Below, one piece after another: positions 24,195-38,800 of a stretch of DNA of 64,000 nucleotides. The DNA lies in contig FLMG01000355.1 in the NCBI GenBank assembly GCA_900088475.1, positions 1 to 64,000 on the forward strand, given 5' to 3'. The notes under the pieces were generated by a model. It made no database searches. It was given only the letters and a program-made list of their open reading frames with translations, and was not told the DNA's origin. Positions within the stretch are counted from its first letter, which is position 1. Every line of letters begins with the position of its first letter. The DNA is from Hyphochytrium catenoides (taxonomy: Eukaryota; Protista; Hyphochytriomycota). Position numbers and translations under genes: made by a program.

Positions 24195-26854
24195 CAAGCG
24201 ACGATGGTGTACAAAAGTGAGAGAACAGAAGAGATATATATTCTAACAACCAGAAGAGTGTCGTGTAGAGGTAAAAGCCAAACGAGAAGGATTCAAGAGA
24301 TAGGACGACCGAGAGACAGACTCCGGAGAGAGGAAAAGGAAATAGTTTGTAGAACCGTGAAGAAGAGAGGGCAGTGGACACCTTTCTTAGACTGCTGCTG
24401 CTATGGCGAATGTGTCTGTTGGCATCTAAACAATAGCAAGAATCTAACTACGACGACGAACTGTTCTACGCTAACTACAACACCACCACTGCCCTGCGAA
24501 CATGGGATGAGGGCGAAGGTTGGTGGTGGTGTGTGTCTGTTCTCTGTACGCGCCAGTTGAAGAGTCAACAACACAAGCGACCATGTCCTTGGGCAACGTA
24601 GGGTAAACAGGCATGCGAAAATCCCTTTATAGTAATAAGCTGTGAGGGTGGGTAAGCCCTGGAACTCACTCCAGGTCCTCTTTTTGATCAAGTTACAATA
24701 CAGTTCTAGAAGGGACGGCTCCACAACCAAGAGTACAAAAGTATACACAGCGTCACTCCCACCCGACGCCGCATGGTGGGCTAGCACCTGTTTGAAGTTT
24801 GGCGCTGATGGGGTCTGGAGGCGTTTCGCAGGCCTTTTAACCTCAACTTGCAGCCGCTCGTGCACTGGAACAGCGGCTCAGTCAGCACATCCTACCCGCA
24901 CTTTGCAATAGTTTCAGATCCCTTCTGAGAATGAACGGAGGGTTGGGTGGGAGGATGTTGCTGCAGAAGTGTTCTTTACTGGCAATCTTCCTATCATAGA
25001 AAACACTAAAGAAAGAGTGAAGCAGACTCCTTGAGTTGAGTGAAGGTGCAGGAAGTATGAAAACAAGAATAGAACTGTAAGAAAAAAGGGGACAAAGCTC
25101 TTTGGTTGACAGTCTGCCTCAACATGACCAGAGAGAGAGAGATCAGGGTCAGGAAAATTGCGGGAATTATCAGTACCTCCGAGTTTTTCCATCTCAGGAG
25201 TAATATTATTCTAAGATCGGCCTCGACAAAGAGATTAAAGTTCTACTAGAACGCTGAATGTTTCAAAGAAGGGTGCGTCACAGTTCTATTTTGATCTGCT
25301 ACCCATTAGGATGTCTCTCGGAGTCTCTATCCAGCTGAAAGGCTCGTAGTAGTTGAAGAGAAAGGCGCCGTGTTTGACGAGCCTACAGAGTAGAGGGAGA
25401 AAAAGTGAGGATTTCTTAGTAGTATTTGTTATGCTGCTCCCTTGGCTGCTCCATACGTAAACAGAGAGTTCGCCTCACAACAACACGTGGTGTTGGCTTC
25501 AAGTTATCTCTGTAAAGCCTTAGACTGTATGTCTTGTTCCCGCCCTTCCTGGCATTCCCACCCGACCACCAGCATAGTATCCACTAGTGCAGGGATGGGT
25601 AAGACGGCATAGGGCATTCTTGAACACGCCGTGTGCCCAATATCTTCGCCACAAGTACCCTTTCACTGGGTACATTTTAGTGGGAGCAGGCGGCCACTTC
25701 CCAGCTTCCCACATCCGTTACGTGCTCAGTAGAACTACAGAGCAAGATCTTTGATCTTGTTTGTGTGCCGAGCACTGCAACATAGCAAGAGCTTCCGTTC
25801 ACTCCCATGATGGAGAGGGGAAGAAAAAGTGATCGTCGTAGTTCCACTCTGCACTGGGATTGTTCGTGTCCCTCGAGGCTGCGTGCTGGTGGAGGTCAAG
25901 GAACTCCTTTATAATAATAGTGCACAAGGCGATTGCTATTGCAGTTGGTGAGGCACATTGTTCATCTGGCTCGCCTTTCCATGGAGCGCATAATGTCGGC
26001 GAGCACTTTGCGCACCATCTTCAAGAACCATTTTGACTTCCTCTTTACTTGGTACTTGTATGAGTAGAACCTAAAGATCTCTTCTTTATAAAACCTTTGA
26101 GACTAGAATTTTCTCCTCTATCACGTACTGCATATGTCGGGTAATTAAGGCAGGACAGGACCCTCTTACATCGTAAGGAGTTAGCTCACCCATCATGTCG
26201 CATTTGTCTTTCAGGTGTCCAATAGCATTGGCCCATCAACAACCAAAGCTAAATATTTCTGCATTCTTCTGCGTTCTTCTATTTCATCGTCTCTTCTTTC
26301 TTCTTGTTTACTATCAAGCCTAACCCAAACCCTTTAGATTGTTGGCGACGCCTGAACGGCCTTTGACGAAGAAAAAAGACGATTAATCTCTCTCACCTAT
26401 CTTTGGGCACCTCGCGGCATACCCTTAATTTCTCAAGGCTTCCCAGGATGGGACGTGAGAACTGGTATCGCAAAGGATAGTGAAGCCGACGTTACTCCTG
26501 GACTTTACTAGATAATGGATATGTTATGATGGAATGACACTATTGATTGTGAAATGGAGCACTGCTCCTCATCGCTGACATCTTGATCAAGTTTAACATC
26601 TGGTTGAAGCCCTAGGGGCGGCGTACTTGCGCAGCGAAGTCAACGAAACGGCGAGCACCATAAACAACTGCCGGTCCCTGACGACCAACCTCGCTCCCTC
26701 TTCAGTAAGTAACCTGTCCAAGGAGTCGCAGATTAGCTCGAGCGCCTTCAGTTTCACGGAGTAACCAGACGATGTCTGTTATAAACCGAAAGAGTTTATT
26801 TTCGAAGATCGAAATGCATATTTTCTTTATAAAACAGTTATAGGACAAACTTTA

Positions 26855-29800
26855 TCATCCGCCTCCTAGTATGGTATTCAAAATGCTGCCAAAGACTGGC
26901 CCTGCTAGTGCTTTGCAGAAGATGGTCACTGGCTCCTTGATGAATAGGTCAGCAGCCATTGAGATCAGAGAGGTTGTCAGCCAAGCGTCAGCTGTCCCCT
27001 CATCAAACTTCACCCCAAAGATAAGGTTGATGAAAAAGCAGAAGAGGATAACACCCAGAGCAACTGCCCATACAACCCCCAACAGGATTCGTCGGGTGAT
27101 ATTGTTCTGTCTCCAGTGGTTGAGTTCACGGAGACGCTGAGCCTGAAGCCTAGCATGGAACCCGCGATAGGCAGCTTGGACGCGCTTGACACAAATGACC
27201 ATATGAGGTGTGATTGGCCTACCATCCACCAGAACTCCCATCTTCAAGCATCTAGCAGCAATGGCCTGTTCCTTTGCCTTGCGGCTTTCAATGAAGTAGC
27301 GAGGGCTGTAACTCATAATCGCAAGCACCAAAGCATAGATCAGCAGCAGAATACCGACCACAATCAGGGCATTGGCCCATGGCAGTAGGATAGATATGAA
27401 AAAGTCAAGGAGTAGGTTGCCACAAGGATTGCCAATGCTTGACAAAGCACAGTTGGTCTGTTTGATGTAAAGCTCGTCTGGGATTTCGTCAAAGCCACAG
27501 CAAGAGAATGTGCGCTGCACAGTCGTGAATATCAGTGCGGCCTGGTGAGCGCCTTCAGGATCCTCAAGATTTTCCAGCATTTTGTTCCATTGTGTTGCAA
27601 GCACGTTGTATGCCTTATTTCGGTATGGCTCTTCATTGGCAACAAGGTGAACGACCGTCCCTGCCAGCATCATAGCGCCCACGAGAATGACTAGAGTAGA
27701 TGCAAAGACCCGGGTTTCCGCTGGCTTGCGCTTGTGAATTGCCGACAAGCCAAAGACGCTGAGTAACGTTCCTAGACCACCAGTGGCCCCTGGCACAAAT
27801 GCAATGGTGCTGCCAAATCCGTAACCCGACTCTGGGACTGCGGCCATATATATTGCAACACCAACCATTGACAGCCCTGCCAAAAACAACAGACAGGCAA
27901 CACCCATCAGGATTTGAGGTAGAAGGCTAAAGGGACGATAGGCCTCGCTGACGCCAACCATGGGAGACAAGTCTTCCTCAGCAACAATTGTCGTTCTAGG
28001 AAGAGGTGGGCCTTTGACTGAGCGCTCCCCTCGAGGTGAGAATGAGTAATCCTCATTCATATTTTCTAAGTGTTCGAGCAAGTTCTGGTCCGTCTTCGCC
28101 TTTGCCGGCTTCTCCGAGGGGCTCGAAGGACCCTGTGCAAGGTCGACAGGCGCTTGCGCATCCTCCGATGCTGGACTGACTGGCATCTTTGCATCACGAG
28201 CTTTTTGTTTGCCAAAAAGGACGTCGACAGTAGATTTGGCAGTGGCCTTGTCGTGCTTGCTGCCCAGTTCCTTGATTTGCATATCTTCGGCCTTCTTATG
28301 GTCAACATGCGGTCCAAGTAATTTTCTTTTAACCCTCTTTGAACCTCTTTGCAGATGCTCTTCGATAAAATCCAATGTGGTGGACTTAATTGGATTCTGA
28401 AGCTTCATGAAAGCCATTGGAATTCCAACCTCCACAGGAAGCATGATGCACATCGATATCAGAGATACCACCAAGGTCTTGGCAAAATTATCCTGTCGCT
28501 TGCCATAGAAAACTGCAGCCACAGTGAAGGAGATCATAACCGTTGCGCAGAAAACGGCAACCCGCTGAGGTCGGGAAAGGGTTACATGAGAGTGAGTTTG
28601 AGGCTTGAGAATACTGACCCACTTGCTCTCTTCCCTTAACACGCCTAGAATTTCGAACAGCATTCCCTTCGTATAACCATAGACTGCTGTTGCGTATCGG
28701 TGTGATTTGGATTCTCCGGCGGGGACGAGGCCAGTCTTGTCCATTTTGTCCTCATTGTCAAGCTCCTCGGCGTCTTCTTCTTCTGCTTTGTACATTCCCT
28801 CCTTGAGATATACGTTGGTCAAGTACTCATTGAGCTTCTCTTGGTCGGATTTATCCAGGAAGTAACCCATGACTCCTACGATAAGGAACCCTCCCAAGAC
28901 CGAGCACAGAATGATAAGCGGAAGGGGGTTGTTTTCATAGAGAACTAATAGCTTTGCATCTCCGATTGGGTCCACCTAGATCATAACAAAATGAGTACGG
29001 AGATTGCAGCTTAAACTCTGGAAGGCCCTGCCAGACCTTAGTCCCACCTGATTGATTTCGGGAAGCAAAGTATCCGCCGAAGAGCTGAAGTCCGTCAGAT
29101 GGGTTATCTCACAGTCCAAGTAGATTACAGCGTCCTCTAGTACTACTCCGCGTTGAAGTAGGCCGTCAGTGACCCAGACTTCTCGCTCCTTATCCCAGTA
29201 CCTGCAATCAGGAAACGTATCTGCAACGAAAAGGTTAGCAACATGGTTGCGGTTAGCAATAGTAGCACGCTCATCATCCAACCCCACCATTGGGAATATA
29301 CTTGACAGTGATACGCATTGAGATAGGCTTGGTCAGGTTTGCTACTGGTGCGATGCTGTTGGCATCCCCCTCTGATGCCGTGAACGAGAGTACGGCAGAA
29401 GACAGGCTCTGATTATTCTCGCTCCAGATGTAGGGGTTCGAGCTCCATTGGATAGCCTGTCAGTAACCAAGACATCAACCAGTTTGTCACCTATTGGGAG
29501 CTACGCACTGAGAAAGAGTTCATGCCTGCGCTTACCTTTACACTGAAAGAGGAGTTCTGACTAGAAGAACTGGACAGACCTTCAGGTAGCGTCAATCTGG
29601 GCCCATTGGGCACAACAAGGTCTGGTCAAGATTAAACTTTAGAGGAGGTGAAGAAAGTCGCGAACACCGAAGCTTGTAGGTGACTCTTACCTGTGGGGCC
29701 ACTAATGTCTGACCGCGCTGCTGCCAATGAGATCTTATCGCTGGAGAGGGTCACTGGTGTTTCTCCAGGTAGCGATTGCGACAACAAGAGGTCTCCAAAA

Positions 29801-32800
29801 CTGCTAATCAGACTGACCATAGTCTCACTGGCCGTCCGGACTGGATCACTTTCTGCAGCAGTTAGCCTTCGCTTCTTACCCGTGAGTTTTGCATTTTTTG
29901 CCTGCTCGGATGTGGCGGTGAAGACATTACTGACAGCCCCTAGAATGGTTGAGCCCGTGCTCGGATCTGGGACGTTTTTGATAGAGGTAGAAGAGACGAT
30001 GAGAGTTTCAACGAAGTCCAGCGCCTTATAGGAAGTCTCCGCATTAAGCTCCTGAGGAGATGACGTGATGGTGCGCAGAGAGACTGCTCCCTGCGCCAGA
30101 GCTTCCGGCGAGGGATCCTAATGACCCAACAAAAATGTTAGAAAGCTCTTCACAACTCGAATCAAACTAAGAGGCGCTCTTACGATATTGGCACTTGCGG
30201 TGATGACGGCGTCAAGGAGTTGAGACCTGATAGCCTTCCGAGCTTCCACTTCGGCCTCGGTAAGAGAGCAGTCTGCTCCACTCCAGCCCTTGTCACATGC
30301 ACAACTGTATTGGCATCCATTACTCACACTACACCCCTGTTCTCTCACGCAGACACCGTGATTGGAGCACTCCGGAATGGTGGGATCTGCATAGGCCATC
30401 GGTGTGCCTATTGTACAATCGCGTGAAACGCAAACAGGTGATTAGTGACATCCAACATCAGGCTCGATGGCTATCCCAATGAATTTACCTGCAGGATAAG
30501 GCGGACAGAGAGGAACCGGTGCTGGGCAGAGTGCAAGGTTGCACTCCCTGGTCTCAGTCATGGGTCCAAGGCGAGAGCAATCCTTTCCTCCTTTCGATGG
30601 TGCGGGATTGGTACAAGCCCGCTGTCTAGACTGCGTTCCAGGGAAGAACCCTCCCCTGTCTGAGGGGCAAGAGGAGGAACATTTGCTCCAGTCACTCCAC
30701 TTCGTGTAACCCCCATCTGCCATAAAGTGAGGATATGAGTTTTCAATCTAAGCGTCTTTGACGAAGGTCTTACCTATTTCTTTCTCGCAAAGTTCACTGT
30801 TGCAGAGTTGCGTCTCTTCCGCAGCTCCTGAGCAAGGGTTGCCACCTCCACTGGGGGGTGGATTGGTACAGGTCCTCCACCTCTTTCGGACACCGCCACC
30901 GCAACTAACGGAACAGGGTGACCATTCAGTCCAAACTGACCAGTTGCCGTCAATTACTGGTGGCTTTTCACACTTTTGACCAGAGTAACCGTTTTTGCAG
31001 TTGCAAACGCCCTGCTGGCAGGAGCCATACTGTCCGCAGTCTAGTCCTCTGCAGGGGTCAGCCAGAAGACTGCCCAGAATATTGACCACCGTCAGTACAG
31101 TGTCTGCGCCACTTGCTTTAGTTGATCCGAGAATGCTTGAAGCGTTGGCAGTAAGGAAGGAAGTAGTTAAGGAAGAGTTGGGACCTCCACCTCCCCCTTG
31201 TCCTGAGTCACTTTGCTGACCGAGACCAAGTGGAAGGACTGACACCAGTGCTCGTGACCCGTCGTGTAATGTATCACACCGAGTGCTAGCTCCCAAATTA
31301 TCCGCCACGTAGACTACAATTGTGTTCAAATGGTCCTTGCCTTGGCCCTGGGGTAGCATGGAGCTGTAGGATGGACTATCTCGGAAAGATGATATCAGGG
31401 CTACCTCCTGCGCAGTCGTTCCGTTATTAGCCATGGACATGTTGCCACGTGTGTACTTGTACCAGTAACTGAAGGGATAGTCCGCGGCGTCGTCTGTCCA
31501 TGAGCTAGAGACGGCGATGGTGAAAGTCGTCTGGAGCACGATGCCGGTGGTTGGCGTCACAATAATGAAGCCACTGGAAGGAGGAGCATTCATCACAATG
31601 GAGATTTTACCAACGCCATCTCCATTTAAGGTTGAGGCTGTTAGCGAGAATGTGTAGGTCGAGCCCGGGTTGAGACCATTAGGTCTAACGACTAGCTGAG
31701 AGCCCGTGATACTAGTGGAGCTGAGGCTAGCGATGCTAGTGGAGGTACCAAGTTCATCCTGCGGAATGAGAAATGCATCCGTGAGTAGGGTGACCAAGGA
31801 CCAGCTAATGCGGTAATGAAGCGTCGTAGAGTTCAATAAGAGGGATGGACAAGGGAGACTTAGGAGGACGCCTAAATATAGCAGCCCATTGAGTGGTGGC
31901 AAGAAGGACTGGAAGGCTAAGAAGGATGTCTTACAATGGACCAGAGAAGGGTATAGTCGGGCAATGTGGAGTTTACTGTGGCCAATAAGACAAGCCGTTT
32001 GGAGGGGTCGTGCTTTCTCGCTTGTACTTGAGAAAAAACCTGGACGACAGGTGGTTTGCCGTGTGTGAATGACAAGATGGTCTTAGCTGTAGCAGTTCTA
32101 TTGCCGATGATATTGTTCGAAGTGCTCTTGTTAAACTCCAATGCAACTTGGACCCTGGACGCTGGCGGGAACATTCCCGGCGGTATGTTAATCACCGAGC
32201 CATTGTTAGTCGTATACTGATTAATGTCGAGCGTCGCATTGGTCCCAGCTCTAAGACATGGTGCCTGTTGCCCGGTATTGGGTAGAGTTGCGCAGCTCCA
32301 TCGATAAGAAGTTTGAACACCGGCTTTGATGTCGTCGGGGTCTGACGACGCACTTCCGTCCAAGCGAATCCAATCATCGGACCCCGCAGTTCTATCGCCC
32401 CCTTTAATCCTGAACGGGTGGAAAGGCAAATGTTGATTAGGTACTTGACGACCAAAGCTTATTGGGCATGGTATCTTCGAATCTTTGCTGAGTCTTTCAA
32501 GCATCACAAAAGCGGCACTTCAAGGACCTTACCAAGCCACTAGGTCACTGGGCATGACTGTGATTTCCAAAGTGGCAGAATTATTCAATGACTCATTCTT
32601 GAACAGGCTCACCCAGCAGGTAAAACGGTACTGCTGGCCGGCATTCAGCAAATTTGGAGAGATCCGAAAGGATCTTGGATCTCTCATTATGCCACGACTG
32701 ACGTTTATCTGGTGGACATCTGTGGATTCCTGAATCCAGTTGAACTTCAGACCCGACGTGGAATCTGTACTATCATTCCCACATGAGAGCATGCTGGTTT

Positions 32801-35800
32801 CAACTCTTACAATGACATCTTCGCTACGCCGTATAGCCCTAACGTGATTGGTTAGAAATACGAATACGCTCACCGCTACAGCCAAACCTACACGAAGCAT
32901 TCTGTTGTTACCTACCTTGACGAAGCTCCAGCAATTTTAACGCTCGGAATGTTCTGCTCCGACTTTCTGAGCATTACCGCTGCTTGGCCTATTGTGGAGC
33001 TCAGGTAATTAGAGGCTGAAGCGGTGAAGTTGTAGGAAGACCCGCTATTGAGTAGTCGGCTTGGGACTCGCACAACCGCTGCCGTCGTATTTGTCAACAG
33101 GACCGCCAACTCTGCTGAGATGTTCTGTGCCAGTAAAGATGCGTTACTACAAAGAGAACACAATAGATCACTATCCCTATTGGCTCGTCACCTGTTCAGA
33201 GGATGCCACACTCCATGAGAACGCCATTTGCCTTCCTCCACTACCGCGAGACAGTGATGCATCCATAACAAGGTCCTCACAGGATCCGAGAGTGGATGGT
33301 GCTAGTAACACCACCTGCGGCAAAGGGGGGTTGAGGGGGGGCAGAACCGAGATGCATCCTGAGGATGATGCAATACTTCCGGTCACAGCCTTAAGGGCTC
33401 CAGTTCTTAAGGTAAGTGATCGACCAAGTGGGCAGGATGTGAGCAGGCCGCTGGACTTTGCCTGCATGTATGGCTGGATTGTTGCCTCAGAACCCAATCG
33501 TAGACTGATTGTGGTGGCGTTCTCCCAGAGACACTGGGCCCCGCTGCCCAGATAGGACACTGTGGAGGAGTCAAATGCTAGAGCACAGTCTACAAACCCA
33601 GTTTGTCCCGAAATTTTGAGGTCTGTCAATCCGCTGAAGCTGACAGCGATAGAGGCACCCGTGTCAGTGAAGCGAGCTAGGACCAAAGAGGGAGGTGGAA
33701 TTCTTCCCTGGAGGAGAACTAACCCTGACGCAGCTACCCCTGTTTTGCGTGATATGACCTCACCACGAACTACAAGTGGAGTCTTATCAGGTATCGAGGT
33801 GGTCGCGTATTGAGTGTTTCTAACTGTGATGTTTAGCGTGGTTTCGTTGAGCCAGGAACAAGACGATTCTCTCCCCAACAGCTCCCAAGTGGTCCCATCA
33901 AAGATTAGCTCTGGAGTGCAAGCACTTTGAAGAGTCTCAACGGGTTCGTCGAATGCCATCAGGATTGTGTTCGAGGTCTCTAGCAGTACCGCAGAGCGCA
34001 CAGTAGGGGCGTTGGGTGGCACGTACACGTGATTATGGATTGTACGCACTGGATCCGAACCAGATGCACGCCATCAAAGATTATGTATTAGTGGAGTCGG
34101 ATGGGAGGAAACAATATGATTTAGCATTTCCATCAGTAAAGCATCACGTGGTCTCCTTACCTTCAATGGATACTTGACTGAGGCTGTAGGCCCTATCGTC
34201 TGAGGACGTCACCAGTGTTATGATGGTGCTATGGTTGTTGACGGGAATACTGGCATCCTGCGGGACGATAGTCGCTGTGACCAGCCGTGAGATATTCCAA
34301 TTCTGTGATGTAAACACTATAGAGCTGATGTCAAGCACAACATCGCTGATGTTGCTACTTGTCAGCCGAAGCACAACGTCCGCCTGCGGTCGAGACCTCA
34401 GAGATAGCGTTAGCGAAGCGGTCATGCCTATATTCCCAATGGGGCGTTCAGCAACGCTAACAACCCTACTTGACACTGTGAGACCAGGCATATCCACCTC
34501 GGTAACTAGGAACGAAGTTGTAGGTAAACAACTGCCATTAGCCAGTACTGCAAGAATCCAATCGCTGTTCGTGCTCTGCAAGGTCCCAAAGAGGTTAAGG
34601 CAGCTCTGTTCCCCAGGACTTTGCCATAGACAATAGTCTGCAATGTAGCGAATGCAGCCTAGACCATCTTGATAGCTTCTGCACCGCTGAGTATTGCAAG
34701 GACTTCGTTGGTCGTCCCAGGGGAATGGACACCGTGTCTCTCTGTTGGTAAGCGAGAGTACTGCATTCAGCAGTTTCGTTTCAGCGTCCGGAAGACTGAT
34801 ATCAGATGTATTCCATCCTGACATGGAGAAGGGGTTCATCCAGTTGAACATTGAGATAGACGTTCTAGTTTCCGACTGCTTGCATGCTGTGCAGTCCGAA
34901 AAAAACGTGATATTTCTTGGAGCTGAGTCACCCCCGAAAGTGATTGTTGTTCCAACAACAGTGTCGTTCTCCCTTCGCAGCGTGAGTTCCCCCCATTCTC
35001 CGTCGATGTGGTTCTCCCACCGAGCGGTCGCGCTCCGCATGCCGTAATACGAGAAGTTATATACTGAGATGTTGCCCTCAGAGAACTTTCCGTACCCGTT
35101 AGAGATGAGCACCGAACCCATAGAGGTCTGCCAGACACGGTCGTCCATCCACCTAACCCACCCCGACTTAATGACATCCGGACATGTTGTGACACAGCGT
35201 TTACCGGTCCACTTAAAAGCAATTTCAGTTGCACTATGCTCAAGTCCAAAAGAGATAAGGATTTCTGTCCCATCCCAACTCCGGGAGACGGTAAACAAAC
35301 CTTTCATGGCGCTACTATCATCAACCCAAGTCCCTCCAGCCGTGGAGGGGCTTGAGTAGAGAATTGAGGCCAGGGTCATATTAAATATAGTGGATTTGGA
35401 CGAAGACTGTACAAGACCAAATTCACCGTGGATAGCCACATAGCTACCATTGCTGTCCGTCCAGACCCCGTGAAACCATAGACGGTCAGTCCAAAGAGAA
35501 GAGGGCAGAGATTTGCCAGGGCAGCTTGGAATATTGTAAAGGGGATTGTTGCTTGAAGTTGACAGGGCGACGATCGCCGTTCTCGCTTCGACTGCAGCAA
35601 AATCCCTACTGCCCGACACGGAGAAGTTTCTAGTTCGACTAGAGTTTTGGTCGAACACGATAATGGACGGGCTGATCGTGACATTGCTACCGCCACCGGT
35701 GTCCAAACTCTCCACCTTAAGGATAACAGGAGAGAGAGGATCGCCAACAAGACTTGCCGAGAATTGCAGAGTCTCATTTTCAGCGAGTGTGAGCTGATTA

Positions 35801-38800
35801 TTCCTTCCCAAAATATTACCCGACGCCAGCATGATCTCAACCCCAAATCGCCGCTGGAAGCGGAAGGAGATGGCGTTTGATGTTACTGGCCAACCAGAAG
35901 AGGTTGCCAATACTGTATCCATCAGCATTCCAGCGCTTGGGCGAGCTACTGGGCTTGGTGTTACATAGACGTACTGGATTGTCTGAGAAGGATCTGAGAA
36001 ATTATAGGTCAGACGGGCTGGGAAGACTTGGAAGTTACCGAGCGCGCTGCTGACAAAAACATTTAGAACTTCGTATGGAGCAACGAAATCCTTGGACCAT
36101 TGTACCCTTACGGTACCAACAGAACCGTTCAACAGTCCTCCATCCACAAAGTCCACGGGAATGAGCTCTATATCTGGCCGTATGCTCTCTCCTGTACCCA
36201 TCAAAAAGTGCGGGAGACAGGTTGGCCTTTGCGGTAGATATGGCCATGATATCCATGAGCGCACTACATCCGAATCACACGAGGATGGGCTGCTGGGTTG
36301 CATGTAACGACAATAGTCTCGGACATACTCTCCACACCAATCTAATGCTGCCTCAGATGGGACGCCCACATGACCACTCCAGAGTACTTCGCTTAATAAA
36401 GAAAGAACAGAGACAAGGAACGCGAGCGAACGAAAAGGTGTCGGTCAGAGCGGTCTGCCGTAGCATGGGTCCACTATGCTACATCTCATTTGTTTCACTC
36501 CTTCCGAATAAAAGCGCACTCACCTGCAGTTTCGGACGTGACAAGGGTTCATAGGATGAAGATCATCATGAAATAGACAGCTTCCTGGTGATAGGTGGGT
36601 ATGGAGCCACTCCAAAAGAGCAGAATGATTGTAGATGGCACGCTGGCCAATATGAGAATCATCACACGTCGGAAGGTCAGAGTACAGGGGAGACAAAGAC
36701 GATCGGGTTGTGATATTGAGTTGATTCCCCTTGTTCAGAGATTCCTTCGCAGCATCAGACAAACGTAACCATGGCGCCGACTTTCTCTCAGACGTCAAGA
36801 AAATTCCGTCCTCGGGCAAGATCTCGCCATCCATTGTCTGAGCTTTAATTCCATAGGTCGAGACCCACGTGACATTCACAGAAGCTTGCTCTTGAATGGT
36901 GTTTGACAAAGCAAACCTCAAGAGCATGGTCCTAAAAGAGAGGGCACCAGGCATGACCAATCAACACCAAACAGACCGTGAGAGATTATGAGCACTTGAG
37001 GAGAACAGGGTACGGCCATGATAAAACGATCTCAACGCAGCAGAGAGATATAACAACTAGGAAGAAGATCACGTTGCCCGATTCGAAGTTCAACTTACCA
37101 GGGCGATAAGCGCTTTGATGCAACCCGAAGACCTTTGTCGTTCGTGACTCTGGTCCTGACAGAGAACGAGCGGCTCCACGTCCTGCCAATAAGATTAAAG
37201 GATATCACCTGGTACTGGATAAAGTTCCCGTTTGTGGGTTCGGTAACAGTTGAAGTACGAAGATAAATCAGGGTAACAGCGCTGGCACTATAATCGAAGC
37301 TGATAGACCGTGAGAAATTTGCACAAGGTCCACTGCTTTCCATTGAAAGAGCACAAATGCCAATGGTTGCGTTCTGTGTCCCCGCTGTTGCCATGGCAAG
37401 GGAAGAAATGGACAGTGTGAACGGAAAGCCTGAAGGATGGAATTGATTGATAAAGGGAAAAACGAGCTCTCTTATCCCGCTATCTCCTTGCAGGATCAGT
37501 CCATCGACTGCAGCTGTTGCGGCATCAAATTTGTTCTCATCAACAACCATTAAAGTGAGCGGAGAGGCACATTGTCTAGGACCCAAGAGAAGAGCGGGCT
37601 CCTTTCCGAGAGTGTTTCTCATGTCTGCGAACAGATTTATACAGCCCAAGTCATCTGACTGAAGCCAGAGGCAGTACTCGATTATTTGCTGCACGCATTC
37701 ATGGTAACCATCAAGTGAGAAGCAAACAGGATTCCGGCATGGGGTAAGAGGATGTGCAGGGCTGAAAGGACAGCTATCCAAAAGTCGACCTATTCTTCCC
37801 AGTGAGAGAGTAAGGCTTGAGAGCGGNNNNNNNNNNNNNNNNNNNNNNNNNNAAGCCCCAGTCTTCATTGCTTCCGTCATAGGTCCATGGTGAATTGATG
37901 ACTGCAGGGCCTTCCCTTGTTACAGGCGCCTCCAAGTTGTAGCTGGCAATGGGTGGCGGTAGTAGCTCGAAGCCACATGAGGAACATAGGCTTGCCTGGA
38001 CGTCGCGTACTTCGAGAGCTGCTGTCTCAGCTGATGGGGTTTGGGCTGCCATCTTCAGTAAAAAGCCCACACCACTTTTTATTTTTTTAAGGGTTGCTTG
38101 AAGGTAGTGCTTGACACCTTCGGGGGCGGTATAGGTCACATTGCAATAGTACAGATTTGAGCTGTTTGCGTACACACGGCTAAAGGTGAGATCCTGACGC
38201 TGAGCCTTCACACTGTTTGCTGAAATTTCCAAGCGGCCCCATTCTGGTATAATCCAGACGCCTTCAAGCCATGAGGCCTGACCTAAATCGCTCTTGAGCT
38301 GGGGCAGTAGAGCCAAGCCACAAGTCTCGTTACCCATCTCCTCTGGAGTGCAAACACGTCTACCCTGTATGAAGATCTCCTTTCCGGCTTCTACTCCGTT
38401 AGTGAGAGCACCTTCAAATGAGTCCGTCCCGTCCGCCTGGAGTTCTATGATGCCGTTCGAACCAACAGGGAGGGTTTCCCCGCCGGAATAGTACCACTTC
38501 CCAAAGACGGTAGCATTCTTGCCATATAAGAGTGATCGAAGGACAATTCCCCTTGTGATATCGTTTTTCAACACGCCGAAGCTTCCATATATCTCCATGC
38601 GGCCCAGAGAGGTGTCCCATACGCCATCCAAGAAACCTCCCAGTCGTGAGAAGGCAGCTAAAGGTACTGCTGTGAAGTTATCATTGCCTAATCGTCTATC
38701 GGAGGGACAGGAGGACCAACGCAGGAAGGGATCAGAGCTATTAGACGACAATTGTATAGTTGTATTGTAGTCCATGAAGCTAGAGTTTGACGTGGCCATA

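Noticed and set aside
23570-24381. 214-aa and 99-aa Ser/Leu-rich minus-strand ORFs
   Set aside because: These are translations of the TC microsatellite and probable 5' UTR, with non-ATG starts and low complexity.
29221-29290. Apparent TGA-TGA stops just before the GPS motif
   Set aside because: They fall inside a GT..GCTAAC..GCAG intron. Splicing gives [14 protein letters not shown] in frame.
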